DNA from: Holosporales bacterium
GTDB lineage: Bacteria; Pseudomonadota; Alphaproteobacteria; RUG11792
NCBI GenBank assembly: GCA_031269095.1
Contig: JAIRWI010000030.1
Span: 27,212-91,211, forward strand
Direction of reading: 5' to 3'
DNA length: 64,000 nt
Of this stretch, positions 16,829 to 27,736 are shown piece by piece. The notes under the pieces are model-generated. The model did no database searches. It saw only the letters and a program-made list of their open reading frames with translations, and was not told the origin of the DNA. The position numbers and the translations under genes were made by a program. Every line of letters starts with the position of its first letter. Position 1 is the first letter of the stretch.

Positions 16829-18751
16829 TCACGATGATGTTTGTAAAATTTTTCTGATTGCTTCGATACATTCGGGATTTTGCAGTGAACTCGTGTCTCC
16901 AAGATTTTTATAATTTTTTGCTGCAATTTTCCGAAGAATCCTCCTCATAATTTTTCCAGAGCGAGTTTTAGGTAAATCATCTACAAAAGTAACGATATCT
17001 GGCTTAGTTATGGGGCTAATCACTGTCTTTACCCTATTAATTATACGTTTTCGTGCTTCTTCTTCAGTAATTTTAGAATTTTTCTTAAGGACGATGAAGG
17101 CGTATATTCCTTCCCCCTTAAGATCGTGCGGATATCCAACTATAGAGACTTCTGAAACCACGTCTTCAAGGTATATTACATCTTCTATCTCGACAGCGCT
17201 TACCCTGTGTCCAGAAACGTTTAAAACATCGTCTACTCTACCGGTTATCCATATAAATCCATCACTGTCATAATATGCTTCATCTCCAGTGCAATAGATC
17301 CCCGGACATCTTGAATAATAAATATTATACATTCCCTCTGGCTCCGCTTGTATTCTTTTGAGCATTCCTGGCATACTATCTTTTATAAAAAGTGCCCCTG
17401 TTTTCATTGCTTCTATTACATCGATATTGTCTTCATCTTTAATAATAAAATTACACCCTAAAAATGGCCGACCTATATGTCCATAAGTCTTCATATCATC
17501 CATATTACAAAGAGGTGCTGTTGGGACCCCTCCCAATTCCGTTTGACCCCACATATTGACCACAATTGTTTTGTTATTCCCAAATTTCTCAAAATACCAA
17601 GACCAAACCTCTTTATTTAAAATTTCTCCAAAAACTCCTGCAACTTTTAGAGTATCTCGGGTTGTATCTTGAAAAACCTCAGGATCACTATACTGCATCA
17701 TGGCACGAAGAGCTGTTGGAGCGGTATTGAAAGAGGTAACCTTATGTTTGTCTATTATCTTCGAAAAAATAGACGGATCTGGGTACGTTGGAACTCCTTC
17801 ATAGATTAAGGTAGTAATTCCATTACAGAGAGGAGCGTACATGGAGTAAGCATGCCCCCCCATCCATCCAATGTCTCCACTACACCAAAATATACTATCT
17901 TCATCTATATCAAAAAAATATTTATGAGTTAGTGACGAAAAGAGCAAAAATCCACCAGTTCCTTGAACGATTCCCTTGGGTTTACCGACAGAACCCGAGG
18001 TATGTAAAACAAAAAGATCATCATTAGAATCAGAATGAATAACTGGACAGTCATCATCCACAATGCTAGTTGAAATTTCAGAATAATCTATATCAAGTTC
18101 TTTATTGAAAGGTATATCGATATTTTGCTTTCTAAAAACAAGGGTTTTGATAGGCTGTCCCCCGTAAAGTTTTCTAACTTCATCTATATTATTTTTTAGA
18201 GGTATAACCTTTCCCCCTCTCCTATTAGCATCGCAAGTTATAACAAAATTTGATCCACAACTTTGCATGCGAAGCGCAATTGCACTTGGAGAAAATCCTG
18301 CAAAAACCGTTAAGTAAGGAATCCCGAGACGCGCGCATGCAAGACACGAATATATAGCTTCCTTAACCATTGGCATATATATCGTTACATAATTATCTCT
18401 ATCAAGCCCCAGTTTTTTTAAAACATTTGCAATTTTTATAACCTCTTTGTGAAATTCATTATAGGTTATCTTTTCGCAAACATTTATATCTTCACTTTGC
18501 CAAATAAGGGCAACTTTATCCGGATTTTTTTCGTAATGTCTGTCTACACAGTTATAGCAGGCATTTATTTTTCCGTCTGTAAACCACGAATTTCCGTCAT
18601 ATGAAATTGTAGGTTTTTTTATCCAGGAAAGTCTGTCGATTTGCGCCATCCAATATTCCTCTGGATATTTACTTGCATATTCATACAGCTCCCTATATAT
18701 ATTCTCATCCCGCCACGCATCTCTATGGGTTAAAAATTCTTTAGAAAGCAT
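16829..18751 (-). CDS. acs: acetyl-CoA synthetase (acetate--CoA ligase)
   Basis: 640 aa. Motifs LHTSGSVGKPKG, WGQTELGG, GDEAYYDSDGFIWITGRVDDVLNVSGHR and PKTRSGKIMRRILRKI. Confidence 0.93.
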   Translation of the reverse strand: MLSKEFLTHRDAWRDENIYRELYEYASKYPEEYWMAQIDRLSWIKKPTISYDGNSWFTDGKINACYNCVDRHYEKNPDKVALIWQSEDINVCEKITYNEFHKEVIKIANVLKKLGLDRDNYVTIYMPMVKEAIYSCLACARLGIPYLTVFAGFSPSAIALRMQSCGSNFVITCDANRRGGKVIPLKNNIDEVRKLYGGQPIKTLVFRKQNIDIPFNKELDIDYSEISTSIVDDDCPVIHSDSNDDLFVLHTSGSVGKPKGIVQGTGGFLLFSSLTHKYFFDIDEDSIFWCSGDIGWMGGHAYSMYAPLCNGITTLIYEGVPTYPDPSIFSKIIDKHKVTSFNTAPTALRAMMQYSDPEVFQDTTRDTLKVAGVFGEILNKEVWSWYFEKFGNNKTIVVNMWGQTELGGVPTAPLCNMDDMKTYGHIGRPFLGCNFIIKDEDNIDVIEAMKTGALFIKDSMPGMLKRIQAEPEGMYNIYYSRCPGIYCTGDEAYYDSDGFIWITGRVDDVLNVSGHRVSAVEIEDVIYLEDVVSEVSIVGYPHDLKGEGIYAFIVLKKNSKITEEEARKRIINRVKTVISPITKPDIVTFVDDLPKTRSGKIMRRILRKIAAKNYKNLGDTSSLQNPECIEAIRKILQTSS

Positions 18752-18853
18752 ATTTTTTCGTATTAGTTCTGTAAACTTGTTGGTAGTTTATACCAAAAAG
18801 TAAAAACCTGTAGTAAATTTTAGTTAGGCGAAAAAAAAATATAAAAAAAATAT

Positions 18854-21800
18854 TTATTTTCTTACTAAGTATTTTAATAACTTTACCCCATTTAACGTTA
18901 ATATCTTTTTTCTGTTTTCTATATTCATATTTTTTTTGTATTTTGTTTCAATTTCTGTTTTTCGAATGTCATCTGTATCAACGATAAATGAAATAACATT
19001 TTCTCCATACTCCATATTTTCAATTAAAGAACAAAGTTTATTTATATCCGCTTCAGTAGAAATTTTTATATAAACCTTCTGTTTTTCCATAATAGCGTCT
19101 ATATCATCAATTGAATTTGCGGTTATTCTATTATTACCATCTGTATTTTTGATAAAAATATCCAATAGTAATGGCCTTCCAACTTTTAGAATTTCATATG
19201 TTTGTTTGTATATATCGGGAAGAACACTAACTTCAAAAGAGTTATCCTGATCGGAAATTGTTAAGAATGCATATTTTTGAGCGTTTTTTGAAAGTTTTTC
19301 GGTTTTTGCCAAAAGAATTCCAGCAACGGTAAGATTTTCACCTAATTTTCTCCCAAAATCTTTACTCCTTGTTACGTTTATAAAATCCGAATAACTGTCC
19401 ATGGGATGAGCACTTAGATAAAAACCGATAACCCCCCTCTCTTTTTCTAGCTTTACAACGGGATTCCAATCTGGAATATGCGATAGTGTATCACTAGCAA
19501 TATCTTCTGCCATAGATCCAAAAAGAGATCTCTGAATAACATTTTCGTTAAGTTTTATCGTACCACTGGCAACTTTAGTATAGTATTCCATTACCTGATT
19601 TCTATTATTGTTAAGACTATCGAAGACACCGGACATAATAAGTCCTTCAATTATTCTTTTATTCGATCCTCCAATCTTTGAAATTCTTTTGAAAAATTCC
19701 TGAACGCTCTTGAACGGTCCATTTTTTTCCCTTTCTTCTACGATGTATTTAACAGAGGTTACACTTGATCCCTTAAGCGCTCCAAGTGCGTATCTTATAT
19801 GGTTTTCCTCTTTTTTGAAACAAGCATCAGATTTGTTAATATCTGGCAAAAGAATATCGATCCCGTTGCTTTTTGCATCTTGAACAAAAATGGCAATTTT
19901 ATCTGTGTTGTCTATATCAATACTCATTGCTGCTACGAAAAATTCATTCATATGATTTGCTTTTAGGTAGGCAGTTTGGTAAGAAAGTAGAGCGTATGGT
20001 GCTGCATGAGATCTATTAAAGCCATACCCAGCAAATTTTTCCATAACAGCAAAAACAGCGGAAGCTGTTTGTGAGTCTATACCATTTTTAGCTGCTCCAT
20101 CTCTAAATATCTGTCTATGTTTTACCATCTCAGTAGCGATTTTTTTTCCCATTGCCCTTCTTAATAAATCCGCTTCAGCCAAAGTGTATCCCCCCATTAC
20201 TTGTGATATTTTTATAACCTGCTCTTGATACACCATAACACCGTATGTATCGGAAAGGATCGGTTTAAGACAGGGATGTAAGTATGTCACTTCTTCTTCG
20301 CCATGCTTACGAGCGAGATATTTTGGTATATCATCTATTGGTCCTGGCCGATACAGTGAAACTAAAGCGATTAAATCTTCGAGTCTATCAGGTTTAAGTT
20401 TTTGTAAAACATCACGTATTCCAACACTTTCAAGTTGGAATACTCCCATAACATTAACATCCTGCAAAATTTTAAACGTCTTACTATCTTCGAGGTCTAT
20501 CTTTGTAATATCTAGATTACCTACAAGGTCACATACTTCCTTAATAAGAGTCAAAGTTTTTAACCCTAAAAAATCAAATTTAACAAGACCGGCTTTTTCA
20601 ACAAACTTCATATTAAATTGCGTGATTGTCATATTCGATTCTCCATCGTTATATATAGGAACAATTTCATCAATTGGTCTATCCCCTATAACGATCCCAG
20701 CAGCGTGGACGGAAGCATGTCTATACAACCCCTCTAAAACGAGCCCCGTATTTATGAGAAAATTAACGGATTCATCTTCAGCCATCATATTAACTAGAGT
20801 TGGCTCAATTTCTAGAGCTCTTTTTAAATCGATGGGGTAGGTCGGATTGTTTGGAACAAGTTTACAAATTCTATCAACTTTCCCATACGGCATCTGTATA
20901 ACCCTACCGACATCTCGAAGAACAGCTCGAGCCTGGAGCTTCCCAAGGGCAATAATGTGTCCAACCTTCTCTTTACCGTATTTTTCCTGCACATATTTTA
21001 TGACTTCATCTCGCCTGTTTTGACAGAAATCTATATCAAAATCCGGCATAGATACTCTATCTGGATTTAAAAACCTCTCAAAAATAAGATTGTATTTTAT
21101 TGGATCCATGTCTGTTATAAAAAGAGACCATGCGATAATAGAACCCGCACCTGAACCGCGCCCCGGACCAACAGGTATGTCCTGGTTTTTCGCCCATTTA
21201 ACAAAATCTGAAACAATAAGAAAATAACCAGCAAAACCCATATTTTTTATAACATTGTATTCATATTCTAGGCGTTCGTTATACTCTTTCGCTTTTTTTA
21301 TAAGTCTATTCTCTTCTATTCTCTTCGCTAATCCTATTTTTGCTTCAATTTCTAGAATTTCATCTTCTTCGTGAGAAAGGTCATTACTAAATCCTGGAAG
21401 CATAGGGAACTGCGGTTCTGGCATATAACTACAACGTCGTGCTATAATAGAGGTATTAAAAACTGCTTCAGGAATATCTCTAAAAAGTTCATACATCTCA
21501 TCAGAATTTTTGAAATAACTGTGTTCTGATATAATTCTTCTTTCGGGCTGAGATATGTACATACCATCATTAATACACATAAGAATTTCTTGAGCCTTGT
21601 GCATTCCCTTATCCAAGAAAAACACCTCGTTTGTTGCAACTAGTGGAATATTTTTATCTAGAGCATAACGAACAAAAAAATCTTCTGTTCTTCTTTCTAA
21701 CATAGAAAATGTTCTAGATATTTCTATATACAGATTTTCCCTATATATAGAATGAATATCGTTTAAAAATTGAGACGCTTTGTCTTTTTGTTCTTGTAAA

Positions 21801-22231
21801 TAAAAAATCCCTGATATTCCTTTGTATCCACCACTTAACGCAATAATTCCTTCATTATAAGTTTGTAAATTTTCTATAGTAACCGGATAAATATTGTAAA
21901 AACAGGTCATTAATTTTAGAAGATTTTTGTATCCAGCTTCATTTTGGGCGATAAGAACAAGTGGTGCCATAGCATCCATATATTTAATTTCAATTTGGCA
22001 CCCTATTATTGGTTGTATACCACTGTTTGAAGCTTGGATTGCAAAATCAAGCGCTCCAAACATATTATTCGTATCGGTTATAGAACATGCTGGCATATTG
22101 TTTACAGTACACCAAGAAATAATATCCTGAGTTTTTGCTGCACCTTCACAAAGAGAATACTCTGTATGTACTCTAAGATGAATAAATGGATGTTCCTGTT
22201 GTTGCTTTACTTCAGCATAAGATCTATCCAT
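18854..22231 (-). CDS. dnaE: DNA polymerase III subunit alpha
   Basis: 1125 aa. PHP N-terminus FIHLRVHTEYSL. Motifs PDFDIDF, GLVKFDFLGLKTL, LYRPGP and GYGFNRSHAAPYA. C-terminal OB-fold region. Confidence 0.97.
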   Translation of the reverse strand: MDRSYAEVKQQQEHPFIHLRVHTEYSLCEGAAKTQDIISWCTVNNMPACSITDTNNMFGALDFAIQASNSGIQPIIGCQIEIKYMDAMAPLVLIAQNEAGYKNLLKLMTCFYNIYPVTIENLQTYNEGIIALSGGYKGISGIFYLQEQKDKASQFLNDIHSIYRENLYIEISRTFSMLERRTEDFFVRYALDKNIPLVATNEVFFLDKGMHKAQEILMCINDGMYISQPERRIISEHSYFKNSDEMYELFRDIPEAVFNTSIIARRCSYMPEPQFPMLPGFSNDLSHEEDEILEIEAKIGLAKRIEENRLIKKAKEYNERLEYEYNVIKNMGFAGYFLIVSDFVKWAKNQDIPVGPGRGSGAGSIIAWSLFITDMDPIKYNLIFERFLNPDRVSMPDFDIDFCQNRRDEVIKYVQEKYGKEKVGHIIALGKLQARAVLRDVGRVIQMPYGKVDRICKLVPNNPTYPIDLKRALEIEPTLVNMMAEDESVNFLINTGLVLEGLYRHASVHAAGIVIGDRPIDEIVPIYNDGESNMTITQFNMKFVEKAGLVKFDFLGLKTLTLIKEVCDLVGNLDITKIDLEDSKTFKILQDVNVMGVFQLESVGIRDVLQKLKPDRLEDLIALVSLYRPGPIDDIPKYLARKHGEEEVTYLHPCLKPILSDTYGVMVYQEQVIKISQVMGGYTLAEADLLRRAMGKKIATEMVKHRQIFRDGAAKNGIDSQTASAVFAVMEKFAGYGFNRSHAAPYALLSYQTAYLKANHMNEFFVAAMSIDIDNTDKIAIFVQDAKSNGIDILLPDINKSDACFKKEENHIRYALGALKGSSVTSVKYIVEEREKNGPFKSVQEFFKRISKIGGSNKRIIEGLIMSGVFDSLNNNRNQVMEYYTKVASGTIKLNENVIQRSLFGSMAEDIASDTLSHIPDWNPVVKLEKERGVIGFYLSAHPMDSYSDFINVTRSKDFGRKLGENLTVAGILLAKTEKLSKNAQKYAFLTISDQDNSFEVSVLPDIYKQTYEILKVGRPLLLDIFIKNTDGNNRITANSIDDIDAIMEKQKVYIKISTEADINKLCSLIENMEYGENVISFIVDTDDIRKTEIETKYKKNMNIENRKKILTLNGVKLLKYLVRK

Positions 22232-22268
22232 ATTTTGTTTGCCATTCCATAAAATTTCTCTGGAATCA

Positions 22269-22568
22269 TCAATTAAAAATCATAGCAATTTGTATAATCA
22301 AAACTTTTAAAAAATAAAAAGCAAAAAATACAACAATAGCGGAAAAATCCAATCCAAATGCTGAAGGAACATATCTCCTTATAACTAAAAGTACTGGTTC
22401 TATCTTAGACATCAACAAAATATATATTTTAAAAAATATGGAATCTTGATTTTTAACAACTCCAAACATAACAACCCATCCCATTATTATGTAGGCTATT
22501 AATACATATTCCAAACACCCTATAGTTTCTATTAAAAGTTTTATCAGTCCATAAAAAATTAGCCACAT
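22269..22568 (-). CDS. yggT: YggT-family membrane protein
   Basis: 99 aa, 2-3 TM segments. IRRYVPSAFGLDFSAIVVF resembles the conserved YggT ..P..gGlDfSpi.. motif. Confidence 0.65.
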   Translation of the reverse strand: MWLIFYGLIKLLIETIGCLEYVLIAYIIMGWVVMFGVVKNQDSIFFKIYILLMSKIEPVLLVIRRYVPSAFGLDFSAIVVFFAFYFLKVLIIQIAMIFN

Positions 22569-22575
22569 GTTTTTT

Positions 22576-23637
<1,062 letters not shown>

Positions 23638-23855
23638 TTATGAAGAAATTATACGAAAAAATCGAGTAAAATAATAAGGGAAAATGGAATATGCGAAAAT
23701 TGAATACTGACTAGATTCTGCCTGCTCACTTCTTAGACAAACGTTCATATATCTTTAATAAATATAAGTTAAAAACCCCTATCACTAATACTTACACAAG
23801 TATACCTCCAAAAAAAAGAATATAATAAAAAGCTTGTAGCAAATTTTTACGTGTT

Positions 23856-25628
23856 TTACACAAGCTCTTTTCTGCCTGAGGTATCTTCCCATGAAGCCAT
23901 TTTTTCATTAGTTTTTTCTGATACGAGATTTAGTTGTACGAAGGAATTTATAGAAATACATGAAGAAAGATATTGGTTTATAAAACACCCAAGAAAAAAT
24001 GACATATAACTATTTTCTTCGTTTCGGCAAAGAATATTATATTCCATCCCTTGGACGAAACCTCTCCATGCATCAGAACCAAATCTTTTTACAACTTTTG
24101 AACTATTAATTTTTGATATTCCAGATATTAACTCTTCTGATTTGATTTTTGCCCCGGTACTAAACAAATCCATAATTTTTCTTACCGAAGATAACAAAGA
24201 ATCTCCATGTGAAATGGATATATAAGTCGATGCTAGTTCCGAAACCAAAGCCCAAAGATTATTCGGCACCTCTTTCGGATTTGTATTCTTATATAAAAGT
24301 GTTGCGTATACTCCTCCTGTTTCGAGGTTTTCGATATCCATTCTAGCAAGGACTGGTATATCACGTGATGCGAATTTGTTCATACACATGAGTTTCGTAT
24401 AAATGATATTGTCATACACTTTATCTGCTATCAATTCTGTATCAACAAATGAAATACTCGAATTTTCATCATTTTTTGAGTAAATCCAAAATAGGTTGTG
24501 GGAAACATTTGTATCAGAATCAATAGCAAGGGAGAAATATGGCTGAATAATTTTGTCTTCATATGTATTTGAATCTATATAATGTACGCTGTTTATGCTA
24601 TGGATTAGCAATTCCTTATTGCGTGTTTGGTCGGGTAACAAAAGATATTTATTTTTTTCGTTAGTAAGACGAAAAGGGTCGGCGGTAAATGGAAATAAAT
24701 TAACTATAGGAGTACAATTTAGCAAAAATGTATTTTTATTAATTATTTGAAATAATCTGTCCTTTGGTTTTGATGTTTTTATTATAAGCGAAATTTCAGA
24801 AATATCTGTAATTCCCGAGCGTTTAATGGATTCATTTATGCCGTGAATTTCAAAAAACATGAACTTTTGTTTAAAATTTAGCATTTCACCAAACAATTGA
24901 AAAATATTAGAAGAGTATTTTTTAATGGGGCAGGCCATTTCATTATCACAAAAACCACATGGTAGTATCTCTCCTGTTTCTATTATGCTATCTCCTATTT
25001 TTAGATATACACCCGAGGTGTCGCAATTAGCAAATATTGCTTCGTAAACGATGAGAGCATCTTCTATTATATTAGAGTTAATGTGGAACAATATCTTTTC
25101 GCAATTCATTCCCTCGATAGGAACTGAGTTCGTTTCTAAGTCGATTTTTATATACCATCCGTTGGTTTGCTCTATTGAATACAAAGAATTTCTTTCAATA
25201 GAGACATTTGTAATCAATAGTGGGTATATATCGAGGGGATATATCGTCCTAAATAAAGATACACCACCAGTTTTTGTTGAGTGGGAAATACTTGTTCTAC
25301 TAGGGATATTAATAAGGTTGTTTGGAGGTTCCCCTACATTTGAGTAAAATGATACAACAGAACATGGAGGGAATGGGGCTGCTAGATTAGGCGCTATCGC
25401 GTTGAGAATATAAAAAGCAATATGCTCAGAATTAATTTCAATTTTTTGGTGCAACCTTGCAGCCATAAAAGCGACAGATTCTATGATTCTTTCTGTATGA
25501 GGGTCGGTTGATTCTCCATCTTTTATATCAATTGCACTGGCGATTTCTGGATATTTTTTAGCAAATTCTCTGCCTTTTTGTCTTAAAAGTAGTAGTTCAT
25601 CTTTATAGTAATTTAAAATATCATTCAC
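23856..25628 (-). CDS. tssF: type VI secretion system baseplate subunit TssF-like (ImpG/VasA family)
   Basis: 590 aa, the expected TssF size. The N-terminus MNDILNYYKDELLLLRQKGREFAKKYPEIASAIDIKDGESTDPHTERIIESVAFMAARLHQKIE follows the canonical TssF start (..LL.YY..EL.yLR..g.eFa..yPkiA..L......DP.vERLlEgfAfLaARv..Kld). Confidence 0.75.
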   Translation of the reverse strand: MNDILNYYKDELLLLRQKGREFAKKYPEIASAIDIKDGESTDPHTERIIESVAFMAARLHQKIEINSEHIAFYILNAIAPNLAAPFPPCSVVSFYSNVGEPPNNLINIPSRTSISHSTKTGGVSLFRTIYPLDIYPLLITNVSIERNSLYSIEQTNGWYIKIDLETNSVPIEGMNCEKILFHINSNIIEDALIVYEAIFANCDTSGVYLKIGDSIIETGEILPCGFCDNEMACPIKKYSSNIFQLFGEMLNFKQKFMFFEIHGINESIKRSGITDISEISLIIKTSKPKDRLFQIINKNTFLLNCTPIVNLFPFTADPFRLTNEKNKYLLLPDQTRNKELLIHSINSVHYIDSNTYEDKIIQPYFSLAIDSDTNVSHNLFWIYSKNDENSSISFVDTELIADKVYDNIIYTKLMCMNKFASRDIPVLARMDIENLETGGVYATLLYKNTNPKEVPNNLWALVSELASTYISISHGDSLLSSVRKIMDLFSTGAKIKSEELISGISKINSSKVVKRFGSDAWRGFVQGMEYNILCRNEENSYMSFFLGCFINQYLSSCISINSFVQLNLVSEKTNEKMASWEDTSGRKELV

Positions 25629-25767
25629 AAATTTTTTACTAAAAAGTTATAAACATTCATAATTTATCACTTTTTTTGATAAAAATCACCGCGTATTAAT
25701 AGAAAATTAAGATTTTTTGTTTAGTCTTGAACAAGGTAGTATATATAAAATAAACAAAAAGGTTAAG

Positions 25768-27684
25768 ATGCTTGTAAAGTCATGCTTATATAGTTTATCA
25801 ATAATTTTCAGTAATGTTCTTCTGCTTTTACCTGCATCTGCAGCCGTAGCTGTGAGTGATACCACAACTCTGCCGAAAGAGGATGTCCTTGTTCAGGAAG
25901 AAGTTACAAAACTTCCTATTGCCGAAGCAGAATCATCGTCTGACCAAGGAGCGTCTGATACGTCATCTAATACTGAAGGCGCACAGTCTATACCTCAAAC
26001 AGAAGAAACAACAACTACTCAATCAAACGAAAATGCTGTGGTTGTATCAGAAGGGCAAGGCACTGTCGATCCACAACCAGCTGCAGCAGATACTGCTACT
26101 ACAGTACAACAAACTCAAGAGGAAGTAACTACTCCACAGCCAGCTGCAGCAGATACTGCTACTACAGTACAACAAACTCAGGGGGAAGTAACTGTTCCAC
26201 AACCAGCCGCAGCAGATACACCTAGTACAGTACAACAAACTCAGGGGGAAGTAACTGCTCCACAACCACCTGCAACAGATACACCTAGTACAGTACAACA
26301 AACTCAGGGGGAAGTTAGTTCTCCACAGCCAGTTGCTACAGATACTGCTACTACAGTACAACAACAAACTCAAGAGGAAGTAACTGCTCCACAGCCAGTT
26401 GTAACAGATACTGCTACTACAGTACAACAAACTCAAGAGGAAGTAACTGCTCCACAGCCAGTTGTAACAGATACTGCTACTACAACACAGCAAACTCAGG
26501 AAGTAACTGCTCCACAGCCAGTTGTAACAGATACTGCCGCTACAACACAGCAAACTCAGGGGGAAGTAACTGCTCCACAACCAGCTGCTACAACAGCCGC
26601 GACGCAATCTAATTCGAGTAATACTGGGGGGACACAGACTGCTGCAGTTTCAAAGGCTGGAGAGACTTTTACATCCCTAAAAGATTTACCAGAGGGATGG
26701 TATTACATTACAAAAGATATTAATGCCTTAAGAAATAAAGTTAAAAAAATAAAACAAGATAATGCTGGGGCTCAATCTGGTAGTCCAAATTCTGCAACAC
26801 AAGAGACCGTTCCTACAACACCGACAACATCTGAGGACTCCCCTAAAACAGTTGAAGAGATTCAATCTCAGCCAGTGATTGCTTCAGATTCTGAAATACA
26901 ACAAAAACCTACAGAAGAGGTAACACAACCTTCTGCTATTCCTGAACAATCATTACAAACAGCTTCTCCTCTAACTCCTGATGCTGTAACAGAATCAATA
27001 ATTGTGGATATAGCTGGGAATCCAGTGAATGTAGTTGATACAAATGGCCAACCGGTTCAATTTCAACCAACCCAATCTGTGGATCAAAATGGAAATATCG
27101 TTACTTTAACCGATACGAACGGGACCCCAATTACGGTTGTTGATGATTCTGGAAAACCGCTTGATAAAGTGGATGCAAATTGGCCGGAAAATACCACTTC
27201 AACAACTCAACCTGAGGGAGAGGCAAATGGCAATATGGCGGCAGAGCCCTCGATCCAAGAACAACAACCAGTTTCTCAACAACCAACTCCTGAAACGCAG
27301 CAAGTTAACGTTCCATCGGCTCAGGCAGATTCGTCGGTAGCAACAACTGCAACGATAGATAATACACCTCAACAACAGGTCGTTTCAGAAACACAGCCTG
27401 CAACAACAGTAGATAACACACCACAACCACAGGTCGTTTCAGAAACACAGCCTGCAACAACAGTAGATAACACACCTCAACAACAGGTCGCTTCAGAAAC
27501 ACAGCCTGCAGCAACGGTAGATAACACACCTCAACAACAGGTCGCTTCAGAAACACAGCCTGCAGCAACGGTAGATAACACAACAGCAAAGGAAGTCCCA
27601 GCTTCAAACAGAGGGGTATCTCCACGAAAAATAGAAGAGGGTTTTCCAGATGCTCCAAGTAATGCAGTATACTTTACATTTTAG
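25768..27684 (+). CDS. secreted T/Q/P-rich protein with two independent tandem-repeat arrays
   Basis: ORF 25717-27684, with the likely start MLVKSCLYSLSIIFSNVLLLLPASAAVA (signal peptide). About 8.4 x 21-aa PQP(A/V)(A/V)(A/T)DTATTVQQTQ(E/G)EVT. and about 4.3 x 18-aa VDNTPQQQV(V/A)SETQPA(T/A)T. No family recognised. Confidence 0.75.
   Translation: MLVKSCLYSLSIIFSNVLLLLPASAAVAVSDTTTLPKEDVLVQEEVTKLPIAEAESSSDQGASDTSSNTEGAQSIPQTEETTTTQSNENAVVVSEGQGTVDPQPAAADTATTVQQTQEEVTTPQPAAADTATTVQQTQGEVTVPQPAAADTPSTVQQTQGEVTAPQPPATDTPSTVQQTQGEVSSPQPVATDTATTVQQQTQEEVTAPQPVVTDTATTVQQTQEEVTAPQPVVTDTATTTQQTQEVTAPQPVVTDTAATTQQTQGEVTAPQPAATTAATQSNSSNTGGTQTAAVSKAGETFTSLKDLPEGWYYITKDINALRNKVKKIKQDNAGAQSGSPNSATQETVPTTPTTSEDSPKTVEEIQSQPVIASDSEIQQKPTEEVTQPSAIPEQSLQTASPLTPDAVTESIIVDIAGNPVNVVDTNGQPVQFQPTQSVDQNGNIVTLTDTNGTPITVVDDSGKPLDKVDANWPENTTSTTQPEGEANGNMAAEPSIQEQQPVSQQPTPETQQVNVPSAQADSSVATTATIDNTPQQQVVSETQPATTVDNTPQPQVVSETQPATTVDNTPQQQVASETQPAATVDNTPQQQVASETQPAATVDNTTAKEVPASNRGVSPRKIEEGFPDAPSNAVYFTF
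26071..26595 (+). repeat. in-frame 63-bp tandem repeat, about 8.4 copies
   Basis: ccacaaccagctgcagcagatactgctactacagtacaacaaactcaagaggaagtaact reiterated with point variants and one 3-bp and one 6-bp length variant. It generates the spurious antisense ORF 26047-26607. Confidence 0.9.
27355..27585 (+). repeat. in-frame 54-bp tandem repeat, about 4.3 copies
   Basis: gtagataacacacctcaacaacaggtcg(c/t)ttcagaaacacagcctgca(a/g)caac(a/g) repeated. It generates the spurious antisense ORF 27305-27658. Confidence 0.9.
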
Positions 27685-27736
27685 TCAGATAAAGTGATAA
27701 ACTATCTACAGAATAAACTGATTTTTGTCGGGATTT

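Noticed and set aside
16717-16926. 69-aa ORF reading through an R1 unit (…TLVSEKIIFQGVFPRIVGDLGILVNTKVN), considered as evidence that R1 encodes a peptide.
   Set aside because: The equivalent frame in other R1 copies is interrupted by stops, for example SLASEEIIFQNLFQELLMF* at 28745 onward. The ORF also overlaps the acs 3' end in another frame. It is an accidental open frame.
23690-23855. Possible very decayed R1 fragment in the mreB-tssF spacer (atactgactagattc ... aaaaacccctatcac).
   Set aside because: Only short patches resemble R1 termini or core, which is too weak to call without a computed alignment.
26071-26595. Regularly spaced 63-bp repeats considered as a possible CRISPR array.
   Set aside because: The units are directly adjacent with no unique spacers. 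They lie in frame within a long ORF and vary by point substitutions like a coding tandem repeat. No cas genes are in the window.
26047-26607. Long antisense ORFs inside tandem-repeat genes (26047-26607, 27305-27658, 11609-11956, 11674-11877, 9943-10200, 9804-10034).
   Set aside because: They exist only because the periodic repeat DNA lacks stops on the opposite strand. Their products are repetitive Cys/Leu/Ser-rich nonsense. The sense-strand genes have signal peptides and unique flanks.
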